A DNA stretch of 63,188 nt, filler included, from Octopus bimaculoides (lineage: Eukaryota): the NCBI RefSeq assembly GCF_001194135.2. It is 5 parts of 5 records of this genome, joined end to end, with 100 filler letters (N's around TTAATTAATTAA, not from the genome) between each part and the next. Parts side by side here need not be neighbours in the genome. Positions count along the whole stretch, not along the records: positions 1 to 20,415 come from NC_068982.1; positions 20,516 to 24,031 come from NC_069005.1; positions 24,132 to 40,716 come from NC_068986.1; 2 more parts are not named here. One strand, given 5' to 3'. The notes beneath the pieces were generated by a model. It was not told where the DNA came from and made no database searches. It saw only the letters and a list, made by a program, of their open reading frames with translations. The first letter of the stretch is position 1. Each line of letters begins with the position of its first letter. This document shows, in pieces, positions 14,122-27,334 of this stretch. The translations under genes were made by a program, and so were the position numbers.

Positions 14122-14514
14122 GGAGGCGCAATGGCCCAGTGGTTTGGGCAGCGGACTCTCGGTCTTAGGATCGCAGTTTCGATTCCCAGACCGGGCGATG
14201 TGAGTGTTTATTGAGCGAAAACACTTAAAGATCCACGAGGCTCCGGCAGAGGATGGTGGTGAACCCTGCTGTACTCTTTCACCACAACTTTCTCTCACTT
14301 TTACTTCCTATTTCTGTTGTGCCTGTATTTCAAAGGGTCAGCCTTGTAACACTTTGTGTCACGCTGAATCTCCCTGAGAACTACATTAAGGGTATACGTG
14401 TCTGTGGAGTGCTCAGCCACTTGCACGTTAATTTCATGAGCAGGTTGTTCCGTTGATCAGATCAACTGGAACCCTCGACATCGTAAGCGACGGAGTGCCA
14501 ACAACAACAACAAC
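14122..14514 (+). mobile_element. tRNA-derived SINE, family B, full length
   Basis: A box TGGCCCAGTGG and B box GTTTCGATTCC, (CAA)n tail, 15-bp TSD AGCTATGTAGCAAGT at 14107-14121 and 14515-14529. Confidence 0.92.
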
Positions 14515-15688
14515 AGCTATGTAGCAAGTAAAAGACATTAAACTCATACTGTTGCGATTCACTCAAGCACAGTGGTTCTTGGCTAGGGTCCGTATGACCC
14601 TTAAAGGTCTCCCTAAGACTTTGTTGCTAAACTTTATGTGCTATAAATTGGTTATACGATGCAACACACAAAATACTTCTAAAATCTTTTTATTTATTTT
14701 ATAATGATATTTAATTATAAAAAACATAATAGCAATTTTTGATCAGTGAATGGGTGTGAGGGTTCAGTTGAGTAATTAGGAATCAAAGAAGTCTGTAAAT
14801 AAGAAAATGGTTAGAATCACTGCTCTGGCAGTAAGTCACCAGTGTTCACAACTTCCAACTCTTGGAATGCAAGTGGTTCTTCCAGTTTTATAGACTTTTT
14901 TTCTTTTAGACTTATGTCAGAATTTCCTCATTGTTCTGAAACTGTTAACACTATGAGCGGGTGGTCTCCTGCAGTAGAATATAGCTAATTGTGTATGTGA
15001 GAGAGAGAGAGGGGAGAAAGAAGAGAGGGGAGAAAAAGAGAGAGAGAGTGAGAAAGAAAGAAAGAATGAAAGAAAAAAAGAAAGAGAAAAGAAAGGGGTG
15101 TATAAAGAAAGTGGGTGTATAAAATCATATATATCATCATCATCATCTCAATATCATCAAAATTATCATCGTTTTATTGTCCACTTTCCCATGCTTGCAT
15201 ACAAGTATGAGTTTGTGTGTGTGTTCGTATTGGTGTCTCCTTATCTTGAGAGCAATAAAGGATAGTAATAAATGCACAACAGAGACTTACCTGTAGTGTC
15301 AGTCATTCTCAATCTTCCATGAAAAATATTGCAGCCATGCAGAAATATTTCTTTGCTTGGAAACAGGTGACGGTTGACAAAAGAAAGAGCTTCTGACTGT
15401 TGAAAATCTTCTTCAACAAACTCCGTCTGATTCATGCAAGCATCTAAAAATTGACATTAAAACAATGACGATGATGACATATGGAGTTCAATGGCTCCAT
15501 ACTTTGAATGTCTATTCAATAAACTTCCTTGAAACACTTAGTATCCATCAACCATTGAAAATGCAATTAGTATCCTAAGACAAGATATACCAATTAAAAT
15601 TATGGAAAGATAAAATTTTCGAAGTTTTCTCCATTATCCAATTAGTTAGATAACTCATTTTCACAATTATTTACAGTTTTTCTCATCA

Positions 15689-15855
15689 AGAGTGGCTGTG
15701 TGGTAAGTAACTTGCTTACCAACCACATGGTTCCGGGTTCAGTCCCACTGCGTGGCACCTTGGGCAAGTGTCTTCTACTATAGCCTCGGGCCAACCAAAG
15801 CCTTGTGAATGGATTTGGTAGACGGAAACTGAAAGAAGCCCATCGTATATATGTG

Positions 15856-15888
<33 letters not shown>

Positions 15889-16110
15889 ATATGTTTGTGT
15901 GTCTGTGTTTGTCCCCCCAACATCGCTTGACAACCGATGCTGGTGTGTTTACGTCCCCGCAACTTAGCGGTTCAGTAAAAAGATATCGATAGAATAAGTA
16001 CTAGGCTTACAAAGAATAAGTCCTGGGGTTGATTTGCTCGACTAAAGGCGGTGCCCCAGCATGGCCACAGTCAAATGACTGAAACAAGTAAAAGAATAAA
16101 AAGAGAGTAA
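15689..16110 (+). mobile_element. SINE family A, full length
   Basis: Same head, core, microsatellite and tail organisation. Confidence 0.9.
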
Positions 16111-16680
16111 ATTACATAAGGATGATCTGATTTAATAAAGAAACCTGTGTGTCAGTGGAGTGGTGACGCCTTCTTTGGTGCGTTTTGACCATGAGAAGAC
16201 GATGAGAGCTTAGAGAAGGTATTGATTTTTTTTTTCCAAATAAAATATATGGAACCACGTAACATATTTGATGTTAGTTTTAGCACCTGGGCCTGTGCCA
16301 TGTAAACGGCACCCAGTACATGACGTAAAGTGGTTGGCATTGGGAAGGGCATCCAGCAGCAGAAACCATGCCACAATAGACAATTGGAGCCTGGTGCAGC
16401 TCTCCAGCCTTGCTAGCTCTGGTCAAACCATCCAGTCCATGCCTGCATGGAAGACAGATGTTAAAGGAAAAGGATAACAATGATGATTGTTTTTTAATAA
16501 TATGATATTGTTAAAGGATGTGAGTTGGCAAAATTATTATTATTGTGCTTGTACAAAATGCTTGGCAACATTACATCTGCCTTGTTCTGATTTCAAATTC
16601 CATTGAGATCAACTTTGCTTTTCATCCTTTCAGAGTTAATTGTTATCAATTGAGTATTGGAGTCAATGTATTGACTCACC

Positions 16681-17065
16681 TGTGGAGGCGCAATGGCCCA
16701 GTGGTTAGGGCAGCAGACTCGCGGTCATAGGATCGCGGTTTTGATTCCCAGACCAGGCATTGTGAGTGTTTATTGAGCGAAAACACCTAAAGCCCCATGA
16801 GGCTCCAGCAAGGGATGGTGGCGAACCCTTCTGAACTCTTCCACCACAACTTTCTCTCACTCTTACTTCCTGTTTCTGTTGTGCCTGTAATTCAAAGGGT
16901 CAGCCTTGTCACACTGTGTCACGCTGAATATCCCCAAGAACTACGTTAAGGGTACACGTGTCTGTGGAGTGCTCAGCCACTTGCACGTTAATTTCACGCG
17001 CAGGCTGTTCCGTTGATTGGATCAACTGGAACCCTCGACGTCGTAAGCGACGGAGTGCCAACAAT
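16681..17065 (+). mobile_element. tRNA-derived SINE, family B, inserted in a family C remnant
   Basis: Homologous to 14122-14514. TSD TTGACTCACC at 16671-16680 and 17066-17075. Confidence 0.9.
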
Positions 17066-17374
17066 TTGACTCACCCTCTCCCCTTAAAGTTGCTGGCCTT
17101 GTGTCAAAAATTAGAAAGAATTATCACATATTGTTTGTGGAATATAATGATTTGTTGACAGTAAGTTATTGTACATTTATTACCGTATTTATTCTATCTC
17201 ATGTCCATTGTCCGAAAAGCTTTTGTCACACGTCTGTGGTCTCCTCAGTAATACTTTCCATTGCTGTTTATTCCATTCCATTTTGCATTTGGTTTTAAGG
17301 TAAACTAAATACTGACAGAAATGAGTAATTCTTTACCACCAGCATTTTATCAAACATTTAGATGTGTTTTTGCT

Positions 17375-17580
17375 CTTTTACTTGTTTCAGTCATTTGACT
17401 GTGGCCATGCTGGAGCACCACCTTTAGTCAAGCAAATCGACCCCAGGACTTATTCCTTGTAAGCCTAGTACTTATTCTATCGACCTCTTTTGCCGAACCG
17501 CTATGCTACGGGGATGTAAACACACCAGCATAGGTTGTCAAGCGATGTTGGGGGAACAAACACAGACACACAAACATACA

Positions 17581-17624
<44 letters not shown>

Positions 17625-17779
17625 CATATATAGGATGGGATAAACACACCAACATTGATTGTCAAGTAATGGTGGGGGGGGACAAACACAGACACAAAAA
17701 CATATATATATGTATATATATANNNNNNNNNNNNNNNNNNNNNNNNNNNNNNNNNNNNNNNNNNNNNNNNNNNNNNNNN

Positions 17780-17814
<35 letters not shown>

Positions 17815-17975
17815 CGACAGGCTTCTTTCAATTTCTGTCTACTAAATCCACTCACAAGGCTTTGGTCAGCCCGAGGCTATAGTAGAAGACACTTGCCCAA
17901 GGTGCCTCACAGTGGGACTGATCATGGAACCATGTGGTTGGTAAGCAAGCGACTTACCACACAGCAACTCCTGCG
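17375..17975 (-). mobile_element. SINE family A with a duplicated middle module and a gap
   Basis: Module AAACACACC...ACAAACACAGACAC occurs at about 17519-17580 and again at about 17642-17700. Confidence 0.82.
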
Positions 17976-20515
17976 CCTATGTTTTTTTATTTACATCCAC
18001 TAATGCTATAGACCTAAAAATCAACTTCATTATACAAATCTTTACTTTCTTTGGCAATTACCATAAAAAATTAACATAGGAAGCATTAGGCCATACAAAT
18101 ACTTAGTAATAAAAAGAGTCACATAGTCTATAGAAAATATAAATAATGAACAATTTCACAAAACTAGTGTGCTAACGATTCTTATTTCTCTATTGCCCAC
18201 AAGGGGATAAACATAGAGGGGATAAACAAGGACAGACAAAGGGATTAAGTCAATTGCATTGACCCCAGTGCGTAACTGGTACTTAATTTATCAACCCCGA
18301 AAGGATGAAAGCAAAGTCGACATCGGCGGAATTTGAACTCAGAACAGAATACTGTTCAGATGAAATACCATTAAGTATTTTGCCCGGTGTGCTAACATTT
18401 CTGCCAGCATGCCACCAAATCCATGTTCATTATTAAATAGACAATATAAGAGATATTAATAAGTTTAGAATGTAAGGTGAGGTCATAATTTTGAGCATTA
18501 TTTTTGTTAAATACACAACAAAACGATGTTATATTGAAATACATACAACAGAGCACAGGCATATGGATAGAATAAATGAGAGAAAAAAAAACAGTAAGCC
18601 GAAAATATTTGGAAATACAGTAAAAAAAAAAACAGTTGAGAGGATGAAGACATAGGAGAAAGAAAAAAAAGAAAGAATTTACAAAAACATTGATATTTCC
18701 AAATTTATATGCTTCCATATTGGAGACTTACTTTCTAGGAAGAACAAGTTGCAAGAGAAGTAAATCTCAGTATGGTAGAAGGAAAAAAAGCAAAGAAAAC
18801 TATAGTGAATCAGAATGTAGAATTTAATGTCGTTAAATAGAAAATTTTCACTTGTTTCTTGTTAGTTTCATGTGATGAATTTACTTCAGAGAATCTATGG
18901 ACAGTTTTCTTTCATATTCATCATGTTATCATGTCTCTAACAAACAAAGTAAATTAAATCACTTATTCCAACTTACTCGTTTTCTGCTAAATATTGTATC
19001 TTATCTTTTATTTGAATTTCAGCTGAATGGCACCATAGTCACCATAGCAACGATGGAAGCCGTCTGTGCTTTTTGGGGGGGATTTTTTTTTCATTATTTT
19101 CTTTTGTTTTGTTATTTTGTTGTTGTTGTTTTTTTTTCTAATAAATTACAGAAATCTATTCTTATACTTCAGATACATATATATCTATGGTTTGATATTA
19201 AATTGGGAAATGAATTATTTTGCAAAACAGGATTTAAAAAAATGCAATCAAAAAATTGTACTAAGTGCATTTAAATATGATATTGAATACTTATGCATAT
19301 ACACATATATATGTGTGTATACAAATATATACACACACACACATATATATATATAGATGCATCTATATACATCTAATATAGATACATCAACATCTAAAAA
19401 CATATAATATATATACTATCATATATATACATATAATATATATACTATCATATATATACATATAATATATATTCTATATNNNNNNNNNNNNNNNNNNNNN
19501 NNNNNNNNNNNNNNNNNNNNNNNNNNNNNNNNNNNNNNNNNNNNNNNNNNNNNNNNNNNNNNNNNNNNNNNNNNNNNNNNNNNNNNNNNNNNNNNNNNNN
19601 NNNNNNNNNNNNNNNNNNNNNNNNNNNNNNNNNNNNNNNNNNNNNNNNNNNNNNNNNNNNNNNNNNNNNNNNNNNNNNNNNNNNNNNNNNNNNNNNNNNN
19701 NNNNNNNNNNNNNNNNNNNNNNNNNNNNNNNNNNNNNNNNNNNNNNNNNNNNNNNNNNNNNNNNNNNNNNNNNNNNNNNNNNNNNNNNNNNNNNNNNNNN
19801 NNNNNNNNNNNNNNNNNNNNNNNNNNNNNNNNNNNNNNNNNNNNNNNNNNNNNNNNNNNNNNNNNNNNNNNNNNNNNNNNNNNNNNNNNNNNNNNNNNNN
19901 NNNNNNNNNNNNNNNNNNNNNNNNNNNNNNNNNNNNNNNNNNNNNNNNNNNNNNNNNNNNNNNNNNNNNNNNNNNNNNNNNNNNNNNNNNNNNNNNNNNN
20001 NNNNNNNNNNNNNNNNNNNNNNNNNNNNNNNNNNNNNNNNNNNNNNNNNNNNNGAATACTGAGTCCTTTGCACAAGCTGATATGTACACTAACATGTATT
20101 CATAGAAGATTCTTGACACAGAATATATATATGTACAGAGAGGGAGAGCGAAAGGGAGAGAGAGAGAGAGAGAGAAAGGGAGAGACAGATAGAGAGAGAG
20201 AGAAAGGGAGAGAGAAAGGGAGAGAGAAAGGGAGAGACAGATAGAGAGAGAGACAGGGAGATAGAGATAGAAAGGGAGAGAGAACAGACAGATATGAAGA
20301 GATTGAAAGATAGTGGATAACGATAGAGTTATATATATATATATGTGTGTGTGTGAGTGGGTGTGTGTGTGTGTGTGTGTGTGTATTGCATGTATGTATA
20401 TATATATATATATATNNNNNNNNNNNNNNNNNNNNNNNNNNNNNNNNNNNNNNNNNNNNTTAATTAATTAANNNNNNNNNNNNNNNNNNNNNNNNNNNNN
20501 NNNNNNNNNNNNNNN

Positions 20516-20569
<54 letters not shown>

Positions 20570-20869
20570 CATACACACACACATAGACATACATATCATA
20601 TATACACGTGTGTGTGTGTATGTGTTGGTAATCATGTTTGTGGAGGTTTTGTTATTGATGGTGTTGTGGTGGTGGGGAAGATGGTTGTTTGCCTGACTTA
20701 TCTACCAAAAAAGCATTTCTAAGAGCTTATTATCTAATTTGTCCTTCTGTTTCCAATATGGCTATAGCTAGTTTGAAGGAAATTTAGTCGCTATATCTGC
20801 GGTCCTGTCAGGGTACCACACACATATATTTATATATATGCGAACATATATATATGTGTGTGTGCATGT

Positions 20870-21358
20870 CTGTATTTATATGTTGGCTGGTTCAAGAAAT
20901 GGCTTCCTTCTTGCTGCTCTGCCATAATAACCAAGTTTGTGGAGATAACTGACAGCTGTTTTGGGACTGACATCAACTTGTTCTGGTATGTCAGAGGCCT
21001 TGCAATGAGGATTATCCTCTACACTTCTCTTAGCAAAGAGAAGGGTCCTATCAGAGGGCCCTGGTTGATCTGGATGAGGTGATATGGACTCCTTCCCCTC
21101 TCTGGTGAATTGCACAATTACTCCATTATCTGTAGAAAGCAGGACCCCAAGGTTTTCTGCGATTTTACGCTATGTCCACCTTCAGAATGACCCACAGTAT
21201 GGCCTCTTTGCAATTCAGAGAGTTCCAAGGCTTCTTTTGTTCACGGCATGATTAAACAGTCACATATAGAACTTGAAACAAAAATGTCAATTAATAAAAA
21301 ATACCAACATTTACAAGTTAGAATAAACATAAAATGATTTACTTCTGTCATGTCACCG
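20870..21358 (-). mobile_element. Tc1-like transposon 5' fragment (paired-like HTH region)
   Basis: MP*TKEALELSELQRGHTVG, frameshift, then [13 protein letters not shown]...[22 protein letters not shown]. The end abuts TA at 21359-21360. Confidence 0.8.
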
Positions 21359-21526
21359 TATATANNNNNNNNNNNNNNNNNNNNNNNNNNNNNNNNNNNN
21401 NNNNNNNNNNNNNNNNNNNNNNNNNNNNNNNNNNNNNNNNNNNNNNNNNNNNNNNNNNNNNNNNNNNNNNNNNNNNNNNNNNNNNNNNNNNNNNNNNNNN
21501 NNNNNNNNNNNNNNNNNNNNNNNNNN

Positions 21527-21560
<34 letters not shown>

Positions 21561-21757
21561 AGTGTTTTTCCCCCAGCACTACTTGACAACTGGTGTTGAT
21601 ATGTTTATGCCCCTAGTGGTTCAGCAAAAGTGATTGGTAAAATAAGTACCAGGCTTAAAAATAAAAGCTCTGTTATCAATTCATTCGACTAGAATTCCTC
21701 AAGGCAGTATCCTAGCATGACTGCAGCTTTTGAGGATGTACAATTCTCCATTCTTCT

Positions 21758-21975
21758 AAGGCGGTGAGCTGGAAGAAACGTTAGCATGCCAGGTGAAATG
21801 CTTAATGGTATTTCGTCTGTCTTTACGGTCTGAGTTCAAATTCCACCGAGGTCGACTTTGCCTTTCATCCTTTCGGGGTCAATAAATTAAGTACCAGTTG
21901 CATACTGGGGTTGAGTTAATCGAATGGCCCCTTCCCCAAAAATTTCAGGCCTTGTGCCTAGAGTAGAAACGAATT
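21758..21975 (+). mobile_element. tRNA-derived SINE, family C
   Basis: AAGGCGGTGAGCTGG...GAGTTCAAATTCC...GTCGACTTTGCCTTTCATCCTTTCGGGGTC...GGCCTTGTGCCTAG. Confidence 0.85.
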
Positions 21976-22683
21976 CGCCATTCTCATTTTTAGTGTCTTA
22001 TACATACATACATACATACATATGTACGTACGTACATATGTACTTTGATGTCATTAGAAGTTTTTATAAACTTTTAAGAGAATTTTGCAACTTTGGCTTT
22101 CAAATACATCACATAAAAGGCTTTCCAATGCAATATTTAAATACTTTCATTTATAACTTTATGTGACATGCCTCAAGAGCCAATAATCCACACACACACA
22201 TACACACACACTTATGCATATACGCACATATGTGTGTGTGTGTGTAATATTAGGTTATATTCAAATATAAAGAATATGAAAATGGGACATGGACAAGAAA
22301 CTATAAAAAAAGTACTAAATACATAAATACCTCAATAACAGCAAATAAAATGTATACACACACAAATAAAGTAGTGTATATAGTCATGTAAACAGAAATA
22401 TTTGTATGTCCTTGCATACATCTACAAGTATACATGCAAATGAATATATATATATACATGTGTATGTATATGGTTTGATAAATGAATAGATATGAGCAGC
22501 CTAGATACATACATAATAAATGCATGCATACAAATATACAGACATATATATATATATATCTATATATGTATGTGTGTGTTTGTAGACCTGCATAGGTCAA
22601 ATTTACCTATGTCTGCATAAATCAAAAAAGCTGTTGAACAATTCTTTTTGCATAATAAATACATACATGCATGCATACATAAA

Positions 22684-22903
22684 TATAAGGATGTGCAGTA
22701 AAGTTCCTGGCTTTTGGGTAAAAGAAAATAGATGAGGATTAGTTAATTATGATCTTATTCAGCATATTCATCTCTCAGATTCACACACTTATTGCAGCAG
22801 TTCTTCAGTTTTTCTAAGCCCTGTAAAAGAACTCAGAAGGTTGGGCCTCCAACCAGGCCCTTCATGAAACCTTTAATGGCAGGAGCTTTTCAGTACTCCT
22901 TCT
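22684..22903 (-). mobile_element. Mariner-derived MITE (degenerate)
   Basis: Imperfect inverted ends AAGTTCCTGGC / GGCAGGAGCTT. The minus strand encodes the mariner-like C-terminus GLEKLKNCCNKCVNLRDEYAE*. Confidence 0.65.
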
Positions 22904-23409
22904 TTCATGCATACTTACATTATATATTTATTTATATGTATTTGTAATATATGTTCACCTGATTACAGCTATCTCTCACATGTCCCAAAATCACCTTACA
23001 TGTCATCCACCCTTAATTCTTGGCTCCTGTAGGATTTTCGAGCGAGATCGTTGCCAGTGCCCCTGGACTGGCTTGTGCGGGTGGCACATAAAAGACACCA
23101 TTTCGAGCGTGGCCGTTTTCGTGCGGGTGACACGTAAAAGCACCCACTACACTCTCTGAGTGGTTGGCGTTAGGAAGGGCATCCAGCTGTAGAAACTCTG
23201 CCAAATCAGACTGGAGCCTGGTGTTGCCATCCGGTTTCACCAGTCCTCAGTCAAATCGTCCAACCCATGCTAGCATGGAAAGCGGACGTTAAATGATGAT
23301 GATGATGATGATGATGATGTCCCACTCCACTCTCACTCAGACGCTAAATTCATTAAAAAACATTTTTTAATTAACAAAATTCATCCATTCAACTAAATAC
23401 ACCAATGTT

Positions 23410-23790
23410 TGATGGCACTCCGTCGCTTACGACGTTGAGGGTTCCAGTTGATCAGATCAACGGAACAGCCTGCTCGTGGAATTAACGTGCAAGTGGCTGA
23501 GCACTCCACAGACACGTGTACCCTTAACGTAGTTCTCGGGGATATTCAGCGTGACACAGTGTGACAAGGCTGACCCTTTGAATTACAGGCACAACAGAAA
23601 CAGGAAGTAAGAGTGAGAGAAAGTGTGGTGGAAGAGTACAGCAGGGTTCGCCACCATCCCCTGCCGGAGCCTCGTGGAGCTTTAGGTGTTTTCGCTCAAT
23701 AAACACTCACAACGCCCGGTCTGGGAATCGAAACCGCGATCCTATGACCGCGAGTCCGCTGCCCTAACCACTAGGCCATTGTGCCTCCAC
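23410..23790 (-). mobile_element. tRNA-derived SINE, family B
   Basis: Reverse complement of the family B copies. TSD ACACCAATGTT at 23399-23409 and 23791-23801. Confidence 0.9.
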
Positions 23791-24031
23791 ACACCAATGT
23801 TAAACAAATGTATTATAAACTATACTATTTCTTACATAAAAAGGTAATAGTATATAAATAAATAATCAGAATTTTACTTAGTTTTATGAGTCGAAACAAA
23901 TTGTTGGATTTATATTTGTTTTAATTATTTGTTATATTATATATCTTTTTATATATCTTTTTATATTATATTATAATGTAAATAAATTTTTGATATGGCA
24001 ATTGTATTTCTCTATTTCCTTTAATATTTAT

Positions 24032-24131
24032 NNNNNNNNNNNNNNNNNNNNNNNNNNNNNNNNNNNNNNNNNNNNTTAATTAATTAANNNNNNNNNNNNN
24101 NNNNNNNNNNNNNNNNNNNNNNNNNNNNNNN
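24032..24131. other. Artificial scaffold-join spacer N44-TTAATTAATTAA-N44 (same linker at 20460-20471, 40761-40772, 61114-61125)
   Basis: An identical 12-mer centred in four 100-bp gaps. Confidence 0.9.
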
Positions 24132-24819
24132 AAATCCTCATGCATGACAGGTAAATCCAAAAACCCTTTGGCAGAATTTCAAGAAAATTAGCATAGACAA
24201 CTACAAAAAATACGTATAGAGAAAGTTACATCTCTATTACAAATTTCATCGTATAAAGCCGGCAATTGTTTATATTGCATCAACACGCACACACACACCT
24301 ATACGAGGTACCTCCACACAGTTTCTGTCTACCAAATTCACTCATAAGGCATTGATTAAAACGAAGCTATAGTTGTAAATACTTCCCAGCATGTTATGTA
24401 ATAAGACTGAATCCAAAACGTGTTTGCCAAGCGAACTTCTTAATCAAGCAAGTTATATTCACACTGTTTCGTGAATTAAAGAAAAGTAATGTTTTTTAAT
24501 GCTGTTTAGTTTAACTGTAACTTTGATAGAAATTATCTTCGATTTTTTAAAGATGTTGTATTCATCCCCTTGTTGCAAAGATGGTAGTGTGTGATTTGAG
24601 AGAGATTTGGTTGTTAATTCTAGTAATCTGGCAACCGCGTATCTTTTTTTTGAATTAGTTTAGTGCCTTATATACTTTAAATTAGTTTCTTTTAATTGTA
24701 ATTATAACAATTATTTTTTGTTCTTCCTTGCTACAATATTGATCCACAACTAATGTTAATTAGCTATTGATCAATATCATTACTAGCTAAACGGCAAAAC
24801 ATTTTTTCTTTTTTTACAG

Positions 24820-25074
24820 GAGAAGATCGATGGTTGTGTACCCTCCTTCTTCAACAGGGCTATAAGATTGGTTATTGCGCGGCCTCTGATGCCCACACTT
24901 TTGCTCCAGAAACATTCAATGAATTTTTCAACCAGCGTCGACGTTGGATGCCTTCAACTATTGCCAATATCTTAGATCTTTTAGGCAGTTACAAACTAAC
25001 TGTACAAAAAAATGATAATGTGAGCATTTGGTACATCTTGTATCAGTTGTCCCTTATGATCTTAACAATAATTG
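24820..25074 (+). CDS. CHS: Chitin synthase (GT2), internal exon carrying the catalytic GEDRW and QRRRW motifs
   Basis: Acceptor ttttttacag ends at 24819 and donor GTAAGG starts at 25075 (phase 1-1, 255 nt). Translates (G)EDRWLCTLLLQQGYKIGYCAASDAHTFAPETFNEFFNQRRRWMPSTIANILDLL...LTIIG. QRRRW is at 24933-24947. Confidence 0.96.
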
Positions 25075-25664
25075 GTAAGGAAATTTTTTTTATATATATA
25101 GATTCATTATTTGTTTTATCTAAATAATGTTATACAATCAAACTACTTTACGTCTTCAGAAAACAGTGGCTTTCTTACTCTTAGTTATATTCTAATGTAT
25201 AGCATACCACTATCTACATTCTCTTTCTTTGAAAATTTATGCCAGTTCCCTTTCAAAATTAAATGGTTAACTTAAGTAAATATATTAATTTCAGCAATTC
25301 AAACCATCCCATCCTGACTGATATATAACAGCTGAAGAAAATTCATCAACATTTATTTTTAGAAAATGAAGTAACTTAGAGATGACATTTCTAGTTAACT
25401 CATTTAACTTTAAATCATTTAAGAATCTCTCCTTTAGTTTTGGTTTCATAAATCGAATCACAAAAGAAACGTACTCAGCGCGTTAAAATATAATCGACAC
25501 TATACTAATATGATTTTTATTCTGGCGGTGGTGGTGGCATCATGATTGCATCAGAAGTGTGATAAATATCTAAGATGAGACATCGTTAATCTCAAAATAA
25601 TTATTTTCAGTACTTCTTTATATTACCTCGTATATAAAATATGAAGTAAAAACAAAACGTGTAT

Positions 25665-26815
25665 ATTTTGTCGACTACACAGTATAGTAGGATCAGTTGG
25701 GCACCGTCTGTGAGAGAAACAGCGCCATGACGCAATTAATTCTGTCAGAAATTTGGAAATGACATACTGTACTGCTTGGGATTCGGACTGGAAGCTCCAA
25801 TACGAACATTTCAGAGTGTTTAGGTGTCAATCTGAGGACAGAGCAGAGGATTCGGAAAGAGTTGGATGAGTCTAATGATTATGAAGGTATGGCAGCTTAG
25901 AAAACTCACTCTGATAAGAAAAGAACTCTTGAATTTGCTGGTGAGATCCAGACTATGATTGACAACGATCCCTCCAAGTCAATCAAGTCCCTCGCCAGGG
26001 ACATGGAAATGTCTGAGTTTATTATCAGATAGGTAGTGCATGAAGATATTCAATATCCCTCATACAAGATGAGAAAGGGCCAATTTTTTATCCCAAGTCA
26101 TAAAGGACAAGAGGGAAGACCGCGCTATGAAGCTTTTGAACAAACTCAAGCATCCCCTCCAACCGAACTTGTTTTGGTTTTCCTCAGACGAGAAAAAATT
26201 CTGCTAGGATTAAATGGTGAGCACACAGAACAACCGTTGATTTGTCGTGTCCCCAAAACATGTACCAAGAGTGATACAAATTAAGCACCCAGTCAGCATC
26301 ATAGTGTTTGGTATGATCACTAGTGATAGGGAGGTTATGCCTCCATTCATCTTCCCACGCCGCCTCAAACACAACACGGAGGCCTACATCAAGTGCCTGG
26401 AGCAGGTAGTACTGCCCTGGGTCAAGAGGGTGGCTGTTAGAAGACACTATGTCTGGCAACAGGACTCTGCACCATGCCACACAAGCAGGAGAACCCAGTC
26501 ATGGCTATCAGATAATATCTGCGACAACATCACCCCTAACATCTGGCCACCTGACTCCCTAGACTGAAACCCACTTGATTATTATGTGTGGGGAGCAGTT
26601 GAGCAAGAGAACAACAAAACTCCTTGTAACACCAAAGATGAACTGAAGGCAAGGTTTATGGCAGCATTCACCAACTTAAACAAACAAACAGTCCAGAAGA
26701 GTTGCTGGAGATTCCGAAGTCGTCTGGAGGCTATGGTTGAAGCCAATGGCGATTTTATTGAATAAATATACTCTTTAGTATTTTAAGATACTTTTATGTA
26801 ATTTTGGTAATTATG
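25665..26815 (+). mobile_element. maT/DD37D Tc1-mariner transposase pseudogene inside the chitin synthase intron
   Basis: Broken ORF 25727-26765 with VWQQDSAPCH...WPPDSLD*NPLDYYVWG. 37 residues between the last two Asp. Multiple stops; no intact TIR pair seen. Confidence 0.9.
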
Positions 26816-27253
26816 TATATATATATGTATATATATACATATATATATAAGAGTTTTTACTCTTACTTCTAGCAAAATGGGTGCTAATCGGTGCCGTTAA
26901 TCACTTTAGTGACTTATGTATTCCTGTTTTTAGGTTGTAAAATTGAAAATTTGCCATCCAAATTATTTATAATTTTCACTTTTATCGTCTATGAAATTAG
27001 TGTATGATTTTAACGGAAATCTTATAAGTTGACAAGACGAACTGAGTTTAAACCTAGGCCCGGTGAGATCAACCGTTGAGCATTAAGATGCGTGAGCATC
27101 AAATGCGAAATCATCGATGATATGGCTATGTATTATGCCGTAGAGAGCTTGCTGTGGCTTTTAGCTGTTTTGACTCTTATTTCTAACAATGCTGCTGCTG
27201 ATTAGTGCCCTTAGTGACCTTAGTGACTTTAGTGACGTATATATGTCTGCCTT

Positions 27254-27297
<44 letters not shown>

Positions 27298-27334
27298 ACA
27301 AATATGCAACTAAATCATCTCATTTTTTTTTTAG

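Noticed and set aside
15290-15443. Apparent minus-strand exon (TTTTTAG acceptor, CAG|GTAAGT donor, open frame ACMNQTEFVEEDFQ...)
   Set aside because: The sequence looks like a diverged relative of repeat family D (ATGCTTGCATG...ACGGAGTTTGTTGA...TTTTC). I recognise no protein similarity, so the splice signals are probably fortuitous.
20460-20471. Recurrent TTAATTAATTAA palindrome
   Set aside because: It is always centred in a 100-bp gap, so it is an assembly spacer and not biological.
24132-24156. Possible upstream CHS exon end (ATGACAG|GTAAAT)
   Set aside because: It translates KSSCMT-G, not the expected Y-D-Q-G before GEDRW.
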